From: Arenicellales bacterium | GTDB taxonomy: Bacteria > Pseudomonadota > Gammaproteobacteria > Arenicellales > CBDCFT01 | NCBI GenBank assembly: GCA_965216735.1 | Contig: OZ244198.1 | Location: 1,525,628 to 1,589,627 of the forward strand | Reading direction: 5' to 3' | DNA length: 64,000 nucleotides | Shown here: one piece after another, positions 1-12,023 of the stretch | Layout of the letters: the number at the start of each line of letters is the position of its first letter | Numbering within the stretch: the first letter of the stretch is position 1 | The notes under the pieces: model-generated | What the model was told of the DNA's origin: nothing | Databases searched by the model: none | The model's input: the letters and a program-made list of their open reading frames with translations, nothing else | Translations under genes and position numbers: made by a program

Positions 1-413
1 TAGACATCATTCAATTTCATGGCGACGAGTCCCCAGAGTTTTGTGTACAAGCGGATAAACCCTACATAAAAGTTTTGCGTGTGAAAGATGATGTTGATTT
101 GGAATCGGAAGCCCAACGCTTTGCATCCTCCCGTGGCATATTGTTGGATACTTTCGTTCCCAATGTAGTCGGTGGTACCGGTGAAACATTCTCTTGGGAG
201 AAAGCCAACGTAATTAAATCACATCCAGTTATTATCGCGGGTGGTATTAACCATACTAACGTTAAGCACGTCATTGCCGAGCATACGCCTTACGCTCTCG
301 ATCTAAGCAGTGGGGTTGAACAGGAAAAAGGCATCAAGAGCCCGGAGGCTATTCGGCGATTCATGCAAGCTGTTCAAGAACAAGATCAAATTACTTACGC
401 GTCTTATCAGTAA
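1..413 (+). CDS. trpF: Phosphoribosylanthranilate isomerase, 3' part (5' end lies outside the window)
   Basis: The frame is open from position 3 (DIIQFHGDE...). It contains GGTGETFSW, IIAGGINHTNV and LDLSSGVE..KGIKS, which are typical TrpF motifs. trpF-accD-folC synteny matches Pseudomonas. Confidence 0.8.
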   Translation, partial: DIIQFHGDESPEFCVQADKPYIKVLRVKDDVDLESEAQRFASSRGILLDTFVPNVVGGTGETFSWEKANVIKSHPVIIAGGINHTNVKHVIAEHTPYALDLSSGVEQEKGIKSPEAIRRFMQAVQEQDQITYASYQ

Positions 414-1379
414 ATGAACTGGTTCGAAAAACTGTTGCCGCCAAAAATCAAATCAGGCGGCGCACTCGGGAAGCGGGGCGTACCGGAGGGATTATGGCGC
501 AAATGCGAGTCGTGCCAGGCGGTCTTATACGGCGCGGAACTCGATCGCAGTTTGCAGGTTTGCCCAAAATGTAACTTCCACATGCGTATTACCGCCCGCG
601 ATCGGTTGCAAGGTTTTTTTGATGGTGGTCAATTTTCGGATATCGGTGCGGACTTGAAACCGGTGGATACGCTTAAGTTTCGCGATAGTAAAAAATACAA
701 AGACCGATTGAATGAAGCCGCCAAAACAACCGGTGAGAGTGAAGCCTTAATCGTCGCCCAAGGTCACTTGAAATCCATACCTTTGGTAGCGGTGGCATTC
801 GAATTCCGTTATATGGGGGGTTCCATGGGTTCGGTTGTTGGCGAACGTTTTGTGCGCGGGGTCGATACTTGTCTGCAAAATGGGTGGCCCCTGGTTAGTT
901 TTGCAGCCAGTGGTGGTGCACGTATGCAGGAAGCGTTATTTTCATTGATGCAGATGGCGAAAACAGTCGCGGCGCTTGCCCGTCTACGCCAACATGGATT
1001 ACCTTTCATTTCAGTGTTGACGGACCCGACGATGGGTGGCGTGTCTGCCAGTCTGGCCATGTCCGGTGACATCATTATTGCGGAACCGCATGCTCTGGTA
1101 GGTTTTGCCGGTCCCCGCGTGATCGAACAAACCGTGCGTGAAACCCTACCAGAGGGTTTTCAACGGGCAGAGTTTTTGCTGGAACACGGCGCGGTGGATA
1201 TGATCGTCAGCCGACACGAAATACGAGATAAAATCTCATCGCTATTACAAATCTTGTTGACCGGTAAGCCGTCGCCAACATCAACAACTGATCCGCAAAC
1301 GAGGGTGGGGAGCGAAAACGGGTCAGCGCAAGAAGCGGATCAAGACCAACCTGGTCCCACGGAAAATTCCTCGCATTAG
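414..1379 (+). CDS. accD: Acetyl-CoA carboxylase carboxyltransferase beta subunit
   Basis: N-terminal Zn ribbon CESCQ..(17)..CPKCNFH and a carboxyltransferase core ([13 protein letters not shown]). The ATG directly follows the trpF stop. Confidence 0.95.
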   Translation: MNWFEKLLPPKIKSGGALGKRGVPEGLWRKCESCQAVLYGAELDRSLQVCPKCNFHMRITARDRLQGFFDGGQFSDIGADLKPVDTLKFRDSKKYKDRLNEAAKTTGESEALIVAQGHLKSIPLVAVAFEFRYMGGSMGSVVGERFVRGVDTCLQNGWPLVSFAASGGARMQEALFSLMQMAKTVAALARLRQHGLPFISVLTDPTMGGVSASLAMSGDIIIAEPHALVGFAGPRVIEQTVRETLPEGFQRAEFLLEHGAVDMIVSRHEIRDKISSLLQILLTGKPSPTSTTDPQTRVGSENGSAQEADQDQPGPTENSSH

Positions 1380-2659
1380 TGCGGCAGCTTGAACAATGGC
1401 TGGAGTATATCCAGTCAGTCCACCGGCGTTCCATTGACCTGGGATTGGATCGTGTACGTCGTGTTGCTCACACTATGAGGCTCGGGACACTGCCGAGGGT
1501 TATCACCATCGCGGGAACCAATGGCAAGGGATCGTCCGTGGCTGTGTTGGAATCCATTTACACGGCAGCGGGCTACCGCACCGGTGCTTACACATCGCCG
1601 CACCTGGTGTCGTACAACGAACGTATTCGTATCCAAAAAAAACCGGCGGATACAGATTCGATTTGCCAGGCATTCGAACGTATTGAACGGGCTCGTTCGG
1701 ATATTCCATTGACCTACTTCGAGTTCGGTACACTGGCGGCGCTGGATATCTTTGCCCAAGCTGATTTGGACGTAGTGGTGCTAGAAGTCGGAATGGGGGG
1801 GCGTCTCGATGCAGTAAATATCGTCGACGCAGACGTGGCTTATATTGTATCCATTGGTCAGGATCACATCCAATGGCTGGGTGAGCGCAGGGAGCAAATC
1901 GCACGTGAAAAAGCGGGTATCCTCCGCTATGCAAAACCTGTGGTGTGCGCAGAAAGCAATCCACCGGACAGCATAATTGAATGCGTTAACACGTCTGGTG
2001 CGATGTTATGGCAGGTCAATCGTGACTTCGGTTATCAGAAACAGGGAGAGACATGGTCGTGGTGGGAATACGATAATGGGGTAAAGAATGAACTGGTTGA
2101 GTTACCTATCCCTGATATTCCAGGAAACAAACAATTATTGAATGCTGCAGGCGTTTTAACCGTTGTTGCGCGTATGCGCTCAACGCTGCCAATAACTCGG
2201 GAACAGATAGTAAATGGTCTGCAGGCCGTGAGTGTTCCAGGTCGATTACAATTAGTGCAACAAGTACCAAAGTTAATTTTGGATGTTGCGCACAACGCAG
2301 AATCGATAACATGTTTGGCGGACTATTTGTCCAGCGAATCCTGCTCCGGGCGCACACTCGCCATATTTGCTGCGCTGGCCGACAAACCTTTGGCTGAAAT
2401 CGCTAGTATTATTTCACCTCACATCGATCAATGGTTTGTTGCCGGGTTGAAAGGAGAGCGCGGCGCATCGTCCACCGTCTTGTTAGAGGAAATAGCGAGC
2501 GCCCTGAAAGATGCACCGGCGGTCGCATATGACACCCCGGTTCAAGCTTACGAAGCAGCGCATTCTGAGGCGGACACCGAGGACCGGATTGTGGTTTTTG
2601 GCTCGTTTGTCACTGTCGGTGCTATAATGGGTTTTTTAAAACTTCCTGTTTACCGCTAG
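1379..2659 (+). CDS. folC: Bifunctional folylpolyglutamate synthase / dihydrofolate synthase
   Basis: Mur-ligase P-loop IAGTNGKGS. The GTG start overlaps the accD stop. accD-folC synteny is conserved. Confidence 0.93.
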   Translation: MRQLEQWLEYIQSVHRRSIDLGLDRVRRVAHTMRLGTLPRVITIAGTNGKGSSVAVLESIYTAAGYRTGAYTSPHLVSYNERIRIQKKPADTDSICQAFERIERARSDIPLTYFEFGTLAALDIFAQADLDVVVLEVGMGGRLDAVNIVDADVAYIVSIGQDHIQWLGERREQIAREKAGILRYAKPVVCAESNPPDSIIECVNTSGAMLWQVNRDFGYQKQGETWSWWEYDNGVKNELVELPIPDIPGNKQLLNAAGVLTVVARMRSTLPITREQIVNGLQAVSVPGRLQLVQQVPKLILDVAHNAESITCLADYLSSESCSGRTLAIFAALADKPLAEIASIISPHIDQWFVAGLKGERGASSTVLLEEIASALKDAPAVAYDTPVQAYEAAHSEADTEDRIVVFGSFVTVGAIMGFLKLPVYR

Positions 2660-2663
2660 CTGA

Positions 2664-3329
2664 ATGGCGCAAGTCGAAGTGCAAAACGATGCGGAGTTCG
2701 TGCTCAAACACCGCGTCGTGGGGGCTGTTGTTCTGATACTATTTGCAGTGTTTGTGTTGCCATTTATCTTGCGTGGGCAAGATGTTAATGGTACCTCCAA
2801 ACCCGCTACTGTGCGTAGCCTTAACGAACCCGAACCGGCAACATTCGTATCTAAGGTGACACCGGTGGTTGCTGGGCAGGAAACACAATTGGATGCATCG
2901 GACACTGGAGTTACCGTCGGTACCCTGCTGAACAAAAGCAAGGAATCGGAAACCATTGACTTGAACACGCGAACGCAACCCGCTCCTGATGTAAGCAGTG
3001 AAGCGGAACCCGACACTGAGAAACCGCCACAGGAAGCGAATAATCCAGCTAAGGATGAATCCGCAAAACCGGAAAAGAATTTAGCGAGTGTTGATCGTGG
3101 TTGGGTGGTTCAAGTGGCTACATTTGGCAGTATGGATAACGCGAACAAAATGAAAAAAAACTTAGAGGAAAATGGATTTTCAGTGCGAACATCGAATATT
3201 GATACAGTAAACGGTCAGGCGACCCGGGTTTGGGTCGGTCCGTTCAAACAACGGGTTGACGCAGGCCGTGCAAGAGCGGATATCGAAAAAGCGATTGGTC
3301 AAAAGGGGCTGATCATGGCTTATCCTTAG
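2664..3329 (+). CDS. dedD: DedD-like cell-division protein: N-terminal TM helix, T/E/P-rich linker, C-terminal SPOR domain
   Basis: TM segment VVGAVVLILFAVFVLPFIL. The C-terminal WVVQVATFGSMDNANKMKKNLEENGF...RVWVGPF is SPOR-like. It occupies the dedD position between folC and cvpA. Confidence 0.75.
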   Translation: MAQVEVQNDAEFVLKHRVVGAVVLILFAVFVLPFILRGQDVNGTSKPATVRSLNEPEPATFVSKVTPVVAGQETQLDASDTGVTVGTLLNKSKESETIDLNTRTQPAPDVSSEAEPDTEKPPQEANNPAKDESAKPEKNLASVDRGWVVQVATFGSMDNANKMKKNLEENGFSVRTSNIDTVNGQATRVWVGPFKQRVDAGRARADIEKAIGQKGLIMAYP

Positions 3330-3378
3330 ACTCATCAATTTATTACTTTCCTAAATTCACAAGCTCAAAGCAGATTGC

Positions 3379-3864
3379 ATGGCTGTTTTTGACATCATTA
3401 TTCTTGTTTTCTTGCTTTTGACCCTACTGGTTGGCGCTTTGCTTGGTTTGTTGCGCATGGTGATATTCATTATTTCCTGGATTCTTGCATTCTGGGTAGC
3501 GTACACCTTTGCAGAGGATGCTAGCGTGTTGTTCACCGGTTATCTCGACGACGCGACGTTTCGTATTCTGGCGGCCTTCGCTGTCTTGTTTATCATTACT
3601 TTGATTGTGGTTTCGTTTATTGGTTATCTCGTAACACGCCTGACTAAGATTCCGGGTATCAAAGGCGTTGATCGAAGCCTTGGTGCCGTATTCGGCGTGG
3701 TGATTGGGGTTTCATTGATTGCGGGAATCGTATTATTTTCGCGTCTTACCGACTTTCCACAACAACCCTGGTGGCAAGCTTCTTTATTGGTTCGATATTT
3801 CGTTCCCGTTGCGGATATGATCCGGGATTTGTTACCTATCGAGGTAGCACAGCATTTCGTATGA
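3379..3864 (+). CDS. cvpA: Colicin V production protein CvpA (integral membrane)
   Basis: 161 aa with about four hydrophobic helices. It sits in the conserved position immediately upstream of purF. Confidence 0.85.
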   Translation: MAVFDIIILVFLLLTLLVGALLGLLRMVIFIISWILAFWVAYTFAEDASVLFTGYLDDATFRILAAFAVLFIITLIVVSFIGYLVTRLTKIPGIKGVDRSLGAVFGVVIGVSLIAGIVLFSRLTDFPQQPWWQASLLVRYFVPVADMIRDLLPIEVAQHFV

Positions 3865-3919
3865 TTGTCGGATACAGTATTGAACATTCTAAACTTTATC
3901 AGTTTATTGGGCTAAAACT

Positions 3920-5437
3920 ATGTGTGGTGTCGTTGGTGTATTAGGTGCAGGACAAGTTAATCAATCCATTTACGATGCACTGACCGTAATTCAACATCGT
4001 GGGCAAGACGCAGCGGGTATCATTGCTTGTGAAGGGCGTCAAGTGTATCTACGTAAAGACAACGGCTTGGTACGTGATGTTTTTCATACCCGTCACATGT
4101 TGCAGTTGCGTGGCAATATGGGCATTGGGCATTTGCGCTATCCCACCGCCGGCAGCGAATCACGCGCCGAAGCGCAACCGTTCTATGTAAATTCACCCTT
4201 CGGGTTGGCGTTGGGGCACAACGGCAATTTGACTAATGCGGACGAATTACGCAGCGCGTTGTTTCGTGAAGATCTGCGGCATTTGAACACACGTTCGGAT
4301 TCAGAAATTTTACTCAATGTTCTGGCTCACGAGTTACGTTCGGCAATGGGACAATCACGTTTAAAGGCGACACCGGATGATATCTTCCAGGCAGTGTCCG
4401 GTGTGTTCAAACGTTGTCACGGCGCCTATGCCGTGGTCGTCATGATTGTCGGTTACGGCATTTTGGCATTTCGTGATGCGTACGGTATTCGTCCTTTAAT
4501 TTACGGACGCACTGAGACCAGCGATGGCCCGTGGCACATGATTGCGTCTGAGAGTGTTGCACTAAACGTGCTGGGTTACGATTTAGTGCGCGATATACAA
4601 CCGGGTGAGGCGCTGTATATCGATCTGGACGGTCATATTCACTCGCGTATTTGTGTCGATGACACCCAGCACACACCGTGTATTTTTGAATACGTGTATC
4701 TGGCACGGCCCGATTCCATCATCGATGATATTGCGGTGTATAAGACGCGTATGCGTATGGGCGAGAAATTGGGCCGTTGTTTGAAACGGGAGTGGCCGAA
4801 CAACGATGTTGATGTGATTATTCCGGTGCCCGATACTAGCCGTACGGCAGCCTTGCAAATGGCAAATGAAATGGATCTCAAGTACCGCGAAGGTTTCGTC
4901 AAAAACCGCTATATCGGCCGTACATTTATCATGCCGGGACAGGCTGAACGCCGGCGTTCAGTACGTCAGAAGCTAAACGCCATTGATCTCGAGTTTCGCA
5001 GTAAAAACGTATTGCTAGTGGATGATTCCATCGTTCGCGGAACCACCAGCCGCGAGATTATTCAGATGGCGCGCGATGCCGGTGCCCGAAAGGTCTACTT
5101 CGCGTCAGCGGCGCCACCGGTGAAATATCCCAATGTCTACGGAATCGATATGCCTTCCGCCAGCGAGTTAGTGGCGAATGGCCGCGATGCCGATGAAATT
5201 TGTCAGGAGATTGGGGCAGATCGATTGATATATCAATCATTGACTGATCTTAAAGATGCCGTGCACGAAGGTAACCCGGCCATTACCGATTTCGAAGCGT
5301 CGTGTTTCGATGGCCACTATGTGACTGGCGACGTTACTGATGATTATTTGGATTCACTGGCAATCTCCCGTTCGGATGCGGCAAAAACCGGGACACACAA
5401 CTATCTCGATTTAACCGAGATCAATACCTATTCCTGA
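3920..5437 (+). CDS. purF: Amidophosphoribosyltransferase
   Basis: N-terminal MCGVVG nucleophile Cys, a PRPP-binding loop [13 protein letters not shown], and 505 aa. Confidence 0.96.
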   Translation: MCGVVGVLGAGQVNQSIYDALTVIQHRGQDAAGIIACEGRQVYLRKDNGLVRDVFHTRHMLQLRGNMGIGHLRYPTAGSESRAEAQPFYVNSPFGLALGHNGNLTNADELRSALFREDLRHLNTRSDSEILLNVLAHELRSAMGQSRLKATPDDIFQAVSGVFKRCHGAYAVVVMIVGYGILAFRDAYGIRPLIYGRTETSDGPWHMIASESVALNVLGYDLVRDIQPGEALYIDLDGHIHSRICVDDTQHTPCIFEYVYLARPDSIIDDIAVYKTRMRMGEKLGRCLKREWPNNDVDVIIPVPDTSRTAALQMANEMDLKYREGFVKNRYIGRTFIMPGQAERRRSVRQKLNAIDLEFRSKNVLLVDDSIVRGTTSREIIQMARDAGARKVYFASAAPPVKYPNVYGIDMPSASELVANGRDADEICQEIGADRLIYQSLTDLKDAVHEGNPAITDFEASCFDGHYVTGDVTDDYLDSLAISRSDAAKTGTHNYLDLTEINTYS

Positions 5438-6163
5438 CGCCTGTCCCTGGGATGTCAGCTTTAGGCCTTTTCCCGTCGCGAACAACACGCTCGACTGCTC
5501 ATACCAGTCTCCTAAAACAACACGACGTGCAGTGCGACCGTTAACCGCCAAGTCGTGGATGGCTGGTCTATGGGTATGACCATGAATGAGTAAACACACA
5601 TTGTGCTCGCTCATGGTTTGGACAACCGTCTCGGCATTAACGTCCATAATATCCGTACTTTTTGTTTGTTTTCCCGCTTCACTGCGATAGCGCAGTTGCC
5701 GGGCAATGGCGTCACGTTGTTCGATGTTTTTGGCCAGAAACGCTTGTTGCCATGTGCTACTTCTTACCAATAACCGGAACTTTTGGTGTTCCACATCGTC
5801 GGTGCACAGACTGTCGCCATGCATCAATAGTGCGCGCTCGCCACACAAATTAATTTCATAAGGATCGTCGATGAGGGTGCATCCACAACGATAAGCAAAT
5901 TCGGGGCCTAACAAGAAATCGCGGTTACCGCGCATCACGAAAACCGGACACCCGTTTTGAGTAAAATCTCGCAAAATCCGTTCGGTCTGTATCTGATCAA
6001 TATGCTCGCTGGCATCATCGCCAATCCAGTATTCGAAAAGATCACCCAGGACATAAAGTGCATCCAGCTTCCCACGCTGACTTTCGAGAAACCGGGACAA
6101 CCGCAACAGTATCTCTGGCTGCTCCGGCGTGATATGCAGGTCTGAAATAAATGCGATGTTCAC
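5411..6163 (-). CDS. lpxH: UDP-2,3-diacylglucosamine pyrophosphohydrolase
   Basis: Calcineurin-like metallophosphoesterase motifs ISDLH, GDLFE, GNRD and HGHTH. Its 3' end overlaps purF tail-to-tail by 27 nt. Confidence 0.9.
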   Translation of the reverse strand: MNIAFISDLHITPEQPEILLRLSRFLESQRGKLDALYVLGDLFEYWIGDDASEHIDQIQTERILRDFTQNGCPVFVMRGNRDFLLGPEFAYRCGCTLIDDPYEINLCGERALLMHGDSLCTDDVEHQKFRLLVRSSTWQQAFLAKNIEQRDAIARQLRYRSEAGKQTKSTDIMDVNAETVVQTMSEHNVCLLIHGHTHRPAIHDLAVNGRTARRVVLGDWYEQSSVLFATGKGLKLTSQGQASGIGIDLG

Positions 6164-6275
6164 AACGGGTCTGGGTCCATGGGCACGCGGCAGTCTACCT
6201 CAACTATTCCGGGCTTTGTCTTTTCTGCTGGTTTTTCGTTAACATCATCGTTTTTCGGTTCCCAAATTCGCGCCC

Positions 6276-7703
6276 ATGCTCACGATTTACAATAGTTTTA
6301 ACCGTCGTAAAGAGGCCTTTAAGCCGCAACATTCTGGGAAAGTGGGTATCTATGTTTGCGGTATGACGGTGTATGATTATTGCCATATCGGCCATGCCCG
6401 CGCATTGATTGTATTTGACATGGTTGTGCGTTATCTGCGTGAGCGTGGCTACGAAGTCCACTATGTACGTAACATTACCGATATTGATGACAAGATAATC
6501 CGGCGTGCGGCCGAAAACAACGAACCCGTCGAGCAGCTCACGGAGCGCTTTATCGACGCCATGCATGAAGACGAACGTCTGTTGGGTGTTTTGCCACCGG
6601 ACACCGAACCACGCGCAACAAACTATATCAACCCAATAATCGAAATCATTCAAAAGCTGATGGATAAAGGGTTCGCTTATCAGGGCGGCAATGGCGATGT
6701 GTATTTCTCCGTGCGCAAGTTCCCCGGCTATGGCCGACTGTCAGGTCAATCGGTAGACGACTTGCGTTCAGGTGCGCGGATCGATCCGGACGAATCAAAA
6801 AACGATCCACTGGATTTTGTGTTGTGGAAGTCGGCTAAATCCGGCGAACCTCAGTGGGATTCTCGTTGGGGAGCAGGGCGCCCTGGTTGGCATATCGAAT
6901 GCTCGGCCATGGCCAGCACCTGTTTGGGAACAACGTTCGACATTCATGGCGGTGGTCTTGATCTTAAGTTTCCGCATCATGAAAGCGAGATCGCACAATC
7001 CGAATGCGCGAGCGGAGAAAAATTCGCCAACTTGTGGATGCACAATGGCCATGTGCAAATAGATAACGAAAAAATGTCTAAATCACTTGATAACTTTTTT
7101 ACTATTCGTGAAATTCTTGAGCAGGATACTCAACCTAATCGTATGGGTGAATGCATTCGTTATATGATTCTGGCGACTCATTACCGCGGGCCGTTAGGAT
7201 TTTCTAAAACTGTACTGGACAATGCGAAATCCGCTCTAACCCGAATGTATTTAGCTCTGCAAAAATTCAATGAAATAGAGAAATCCGAGTCGGCAGTACA
7301 AGCGAGCCGCTACACGAAAAAATTTCACCAAGCCATGGACGATGATTTTAATACACCGGAAGCGTTGGCCGTACTGTTTGACATGGTGCGTGATCTCAAC
7401 ACGGCGATCGATGCAGGCGATAACAATTACGCGCAAAGGATTGGTGCGGAACTCAAGCATCTTGGTAGCGTATTGGGCATTCTTCAACAAGACCCAAATG
7501 CTTTTCTCGGTGCCGATGCCGTTGAAGGCGGTGTGGTTGCAGGACTAAGTAGGATGGAGATCGACAGGTTGGTCAATGAACGGGATCGCGCACGTGCCGC
7601 TAAGGACTTCAAACGCGCGGACGAGATTCGCGATGAATTGGATGCTCTTGGCATTATTATTGAAGACGTGCGAGGTGGGTTGAGTAAATGGCGGCTCAAG
7701 TAA
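6276..7703 (+). CDS. cysS: Cysteine--tRNA ligase
   Basis: Class I aaRS signatures HIGHA and KMSKS, plus Zn-binding Cys residues. 475 aa. Confidence 0.96.
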   Translation: MLTIYNSFNRRKEAFKPQHSGKVGIYVCGMTVYDYCHIGHARALIVFDMVVRYLRERGYEVHYVRNITDIDDKIIRRAAENNEPVEQLTERFIDAMHEDERLLGVLPPDTEPRATNYINPIIEIIQKLMDKGFAYQGGNGDVYFSVRKFPGYGRLSGQSVDDLRSGARIDPDESKNDPLDFVLWKSAKSGEPQWDSRWGAGRPGWHIECSAMASTCLGTTFDIHGGGLDLKFPHHESEIAQSECASGEKFANLWMHNGHVQIDNEKMSKSLDNFFTIREILEQDTQPNRMGECIRYMILATHYRGPLGFSKTVLDNAKSALTRMYLALQKFNEIEKSESAVQASRYTKKFHQAMDDDFNTPEALAVLFDMVRDLNTAIDAGDNNYAQRIGAELKHLGSVLGILQQDPNAFLGADAVEGGVVAGLSRMEIDRLVNERDRARAAKDFKRADEIRDELDALGIIIEDVRGGLSKWRLK

Positions 7704-7802
7704 TACTCATCCGGTGTGTGATTCACTACGACTTTTTAGTTTAATTTTCGCGCACTTAAGTTTTACTTAAAGTGGCGATGGCGTTTATACTTGGCGCTCG
7801 TT

Positions 7803-7834
7803 GCCCGTTGGCATTCCGGTCACGGGCTTTTTTT
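7803..7834 (+). terminator. Intrinsic terminator: GCCCGT stem, loop, ACGGGC stem, then T7
   Basis: GCCCGT (7803-7808) pairs with ACGGGC (7822-7827), followed by TTTTTTT (7828-7834). It lies 100 nt after the cysS stop and 33 nt before the ilvI GTG. Confidence 0.6.
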
Positions 7835-7867
7835 GTCGCAGCCGCTTAATACTATTTGAGGTAAACC

Positions 7868-9601
7868 GTGGAACTGACCGGTGCGGACATTGTAATACGT
7901 TGCCTACAAGACGAAGGTATTGAATACATATTCGGCTACCCCGGCGGCGCGGCGTTGCACATTTACGACGCCTTATACAAACAGGATAAAGTCAAACACA
8001 TACTGGCTCGCCATGAACAGGGCGCCTCTCACGCCGCCGATGGTTATGCACGCGCTACCGGCAAACCGGGTGTGGTGCTGGTGACATCAGGTCCTGGTGT
8101 GACCAATGCCATCACTGGTATTGCTACCGCCTATATGGATTCCATTCCCATGGTAGTTATCTCGGGGCAAGTCCCCACGCATTTGATTGGCGACGATGCC
8201 TTCCAGGAAGTCGATGCGGTTGGCGTGTCTCGGCCCTGTGTTAAACATAATTTTCTGGTCAAGGATATTCGTGATCTCGCCATGACCATGAAAAAGGCGT
8301 TTCATATCGCTAATACCGGTCGTCCGGGTCCGGTATTGGTCGATGTCCCCAAAGATGTTACCGCGCAAAAGATCGAATATCTTTATCCGTCTTCGATCTC
8401 CATGCGTTCCTATGCACCGGTCAGCAAGGGCCACCCCAAACAAATTAAACGTGCTGTCGAGTTGTTGCTGAACGCAAAACAGCCGATTATTTATACCGGT
8501 GGCGGCGTAATTCACGCCCACGCGCATGATGAGTTAACTGAGTTGGTTCGTTTGCTTGGTTTTCCGTGTACTAACACGCTGATGGGTCTTGGTGCTTATC
8601 CGTCCAAGGATCCGTTGTTTATCGGCATGCTGGGTATGCACGGAACTTACGAAGCGAATATGGCTATGCATGGTTGCGATGTTATGTTGGCCATCGGCGC
8701 ACGTTTTGACGATCGTGTGACCGGTGACCTCACCAAGTTCTCGCCCAACGCCAAGATTATCCATATCGATGTCGATCCCGCGTCCATTGGCAAGAACGTC
8801 TCGGTGGAGGTGCCGATTGTAGGTGACGCGCGTACCGTCATCACCGATCTGATTGAAGTCTTAAAGAACTCGTCGCAGAAGCCAAATGAGGATGTACTGG
8901 CGCAATGGTGGAAAAGGATCCACGAATGGCAAAGCATAAATTGCTTGGCTTACAACCGCGAAAGCGAAATCATTAAACCGCAATTTGTCATTGAAAAGTT
9001 GGACGAGATAACGGATGGCGAGGCGTTTGTTACCTCCGATGTCGGTCAACATCAAATGTGGGCGGCGCAGTTTTACCGCTTTTCACAACCACGCCGTTGG
9101 ATAAATTCCGGTGGGCTCGGCACCATGGGATTCGGTTTGCCGGCGGCGATGGGAGTACAACTGGCCTATCCCGATGCATCGGTAGCCTGCGTCACAGGCG
9201 AAGCCAGCATCATCATGTGTATTCAAGAGTTGTCCACGTGTAAGCAATATGATTTACCCATCAAGGTGATTAATCTTAATAACCGCTACATGGGTATGGT
9301 GCGTCAATGGCAGGAATTCTTTTACGACAGACGCTACTCTCATTCGTATATGGATGCGTTGCCGGATTTCGTTGCATTGGCACAAAGCTTTGGACATGTT
9401 GGCGTGCTGGTGGAAAAACCGGACGATGTCGAAGGTGCAATAAAAGAAGCATTCGCCGACAGAAAACGCCTACATTTCCTGGATTTTATTACCGATCAGA
9501 CGGAAAACGTGTATCCCATGATTGCCGCCGGTAAGGGGCACAATGAAATGCACCTTAGCCCCAGCCTGGGAGATGAACCGGTGGAAAGGGAACTGGCTTA
9601 A
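7868..9601 (+). CDS. ilvI: Acetolactate synthase (AHAS) large catalytic subunit
   Basis: ThDP enzyme with GYPGGA near the N-terminus and GLGTMGFGLPAAMG as the ThDP-binding motif. 577 aa with a GTG start. Confidence 0.95.
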   Translation: MELTGADIVIRCLQDEGIEYIFGYPGGAALHIYDALYKQDKVKHILARHEQGASHAADGYARATGKPGVVLVTSGPGVTNAITGIATAYMDSIPMVVISGQVPTHLIGDDAFQEVDAVGVSRPCVKHNFLVKDIRDLAMTMKKAFHIANTGRPGPVLVDVPKDVTAQKIEYLYPSSISMRSYAPVSKGHPKQIKRAVELLLNAKQPIIYTGGGVIHAHAHDELTELVRLLGFPCTNTLMGLGAYPSKDPLFIGMLGMHGTYEANMAMHGCDVMLAIGARFDDRVTGDLTKFSPNAKIIHIDVDPASIGKNVSVEVPIVGDARTVITDLIEVLKNSSQKPNEDVLAQWWKRIHEWQSINCLAYNRESEIIKPQFVIEKLDEITDGEAFVTSDVGQHQMWAAQFYRFSQPRRWINSGGLGTMGFGLPAAMGVQLAYPDASVACVTGEASIIMCIQELSTCKQYDLPIKVINLNNRYMGMVRQWQEFFYDRRYSHSYMDALPDFVALAQSFGHVGVLVEKPDDVEGAIKEAFADRKRLHFLDFITDQTENVYPMIAAGKGHNEMHLSPSLGDEPVERELA

Positions 9602-10092
9602 TGCGAAGAATCATATCCATTTTGCTGGAAAACGAGTCGGGCGCTCTGTCCCGGGTAGCGGGTTTGTTTTCGGCCCGGGGGTACAACATCGAATCACTCA
9701 CCGTCGCGCCCACGGAGGACGAAACCTTGTCACGAATGACCCTGGTGACCAGTGGTTCGGATGCCATCATCGAACAGATTACCAAACAACTGAATAAGTT
9801 GGTAGATGTGGTAAAACTGATGGACTTGACCGATGGCCCTCACATCGAACGCGAATTAATGCTGGTAAAGGTCAAAGCCGTGAATAGCGTGCGTGAAGAA
9901 GTAAAACGGCTGGTAGATATTTTTCGTGGTCGTATTATTGATGTAACCGATTCGACTTATACCATCGAACTTACCGGTCCAGGTGACAAACTGGATGCCT
10001 TTGTCGATGCTGTTAGAGTCGCGGAAATCATTGAGGTGGTGCGCTCGGGAATGTCAGGTATCGCGCGTGGTCAACGTTCCCTCAGCTTGTAG
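9601..10092 (+). CDS. ilvH: Acetolactate synthase small regulatory subunit
   Basis: ACT domain ISILLENESGALSRVAGLFSARGYNIESL. The start overlaps the ilvI stop. 163 aa. Confidence 0.93.
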   Translation: MRRIISILLENESGALSRVAGLFSARGYNIESLTVAPTEDETLSRMTLVTSGSDAIIEQITKQLNKLVDVVKLMDLTDGPHIERELMLVKVKAVNSVREEVKRLVDIFRGRIIDVTDSTYTIELTGPGDKLDAFVDAVRVAEIIEVVRSGMSGIARGQRSLSL

Positions 10093-11136
<1,044 letters not shown>

Positions 11137-11338
11137 TTCTCAAAAATGTCTGCGCTTTGCCGATACTTCGTTAAAAACCGCCTTGAAATACTCATGAATT
11201 TTTATAGACACGCCGTTTTCTTGACCGTTTTCGCCTTGTCTCGCCTGCGCTCGTCTATTTTGAGATAGGTTTTGTACAACCGCGATACTAGATAGAACAA
11301 CCTCTTAGGTGGTGTCCGCCTGAGTGCATACTTAAGTA

Positions 11339-12007
11339 ATGAGTTCTGATACTCACCCACTATTAGCCCGTGAGGGCTGGGTCCATATTGTGCTTAGTCT
11401 GACAATTGCGGTGATCGTTACTGTATCCGGTAGCCTATTGTGGGCGCTACCGTTTTGGTTGTTTTTTCTTTTTGTTGTTCAGTTTTTCAGGGATCCGAAA
11501 CGCGAGGTACCGCAAGAAGCCAACGCCGTTGTCGCTCCTGCGGATGGCAAAGTAGTGGATATTGCCGCCTGTGACGATCCCTATTTAGATCGACAGGCGC
11601 AAAAAATCAGTATTTTTATGAATGTGTTTTCAGTTCACTCGAACCGTGCACCAGTGACCGGAACGGTGGAACATGTTGAGTATTATCACGGTAATTTTGT
11701 CAATGCCGTGCTCGATAAGGCATCCAGTGAGAACGAACGCAATGCCATTATCTTACGTACCCAGGACAATCAACGTATCGTATGTGTTCAAATTGCCGGC
11801 CTCATAGCACGGCGGATACTGTGTTATGTCAAGCAAAACGATGTCCTGACACGCGGACAACGCTATGGATTTATCCGTTTTGGGTCTAGGGTGGACATCT
11901 ATTTGCCTGAAACCGCTAAACCCATTGTCCGGTTAGGTGAATGGGTCAGCGCCGGAAAGGATATAATCGCGAAATTAACATCTCACGAAGATCCAGTCTT
12001 AGGTTAA
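11339..12007 (+). CDS. psd: Phosphatidylserine decarboxylase-related proenzyme (short form)
   Basis: Two N-terminal TM helices and a self-cleavage-type motif FGSRVD near the C-terminus. It is paired with pssA downstream. Confidence 0.85.
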   Translation: MSSDTHPLLAREGWVHIVLSLTIAVIVTVSGSLLWALPFWLFFLFVVQFFRDPKREVPQEANAVVAPADGKVVDIAACDDPYLDRQAQKISIFMNVFSVHSNRAPVTGTVEHVEYYHGNFVNAVLDKASSENERNAIILRTQDNQRIVCVQIAGLIARRILCYVKQNDVLTRGQRYGFIRFGSRVDIYLPETAKPIVRLGEWVSAGKDIIAKLTSHEDPVLG

Positions 12008-12023
12008 CCCAGGAGAATAGATC

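Noticed and set aside
5411-5437. Tail-to-tail coding overlaps: purF/lpxH (27 nt) and rimI/mltD (15836-15882, 47 nt)
   Set aside because: The overlaps involve poorly conserved C-terminal residues of convergent genes. This is common in compact genomes, and the sequence alone gives no evidence of regulatory significance.
11137-11338. 40-codon ORF (MSALCRYFVKNRLEILMNFYRHAVFLTVFALSRLRSSILR*) in the ilvC-psd spacer
   Set aside because: It has no SD, no convincing TM helix or motif, and I cannot assess conservation. It is probably non-coding promoter region for psd-pssA.
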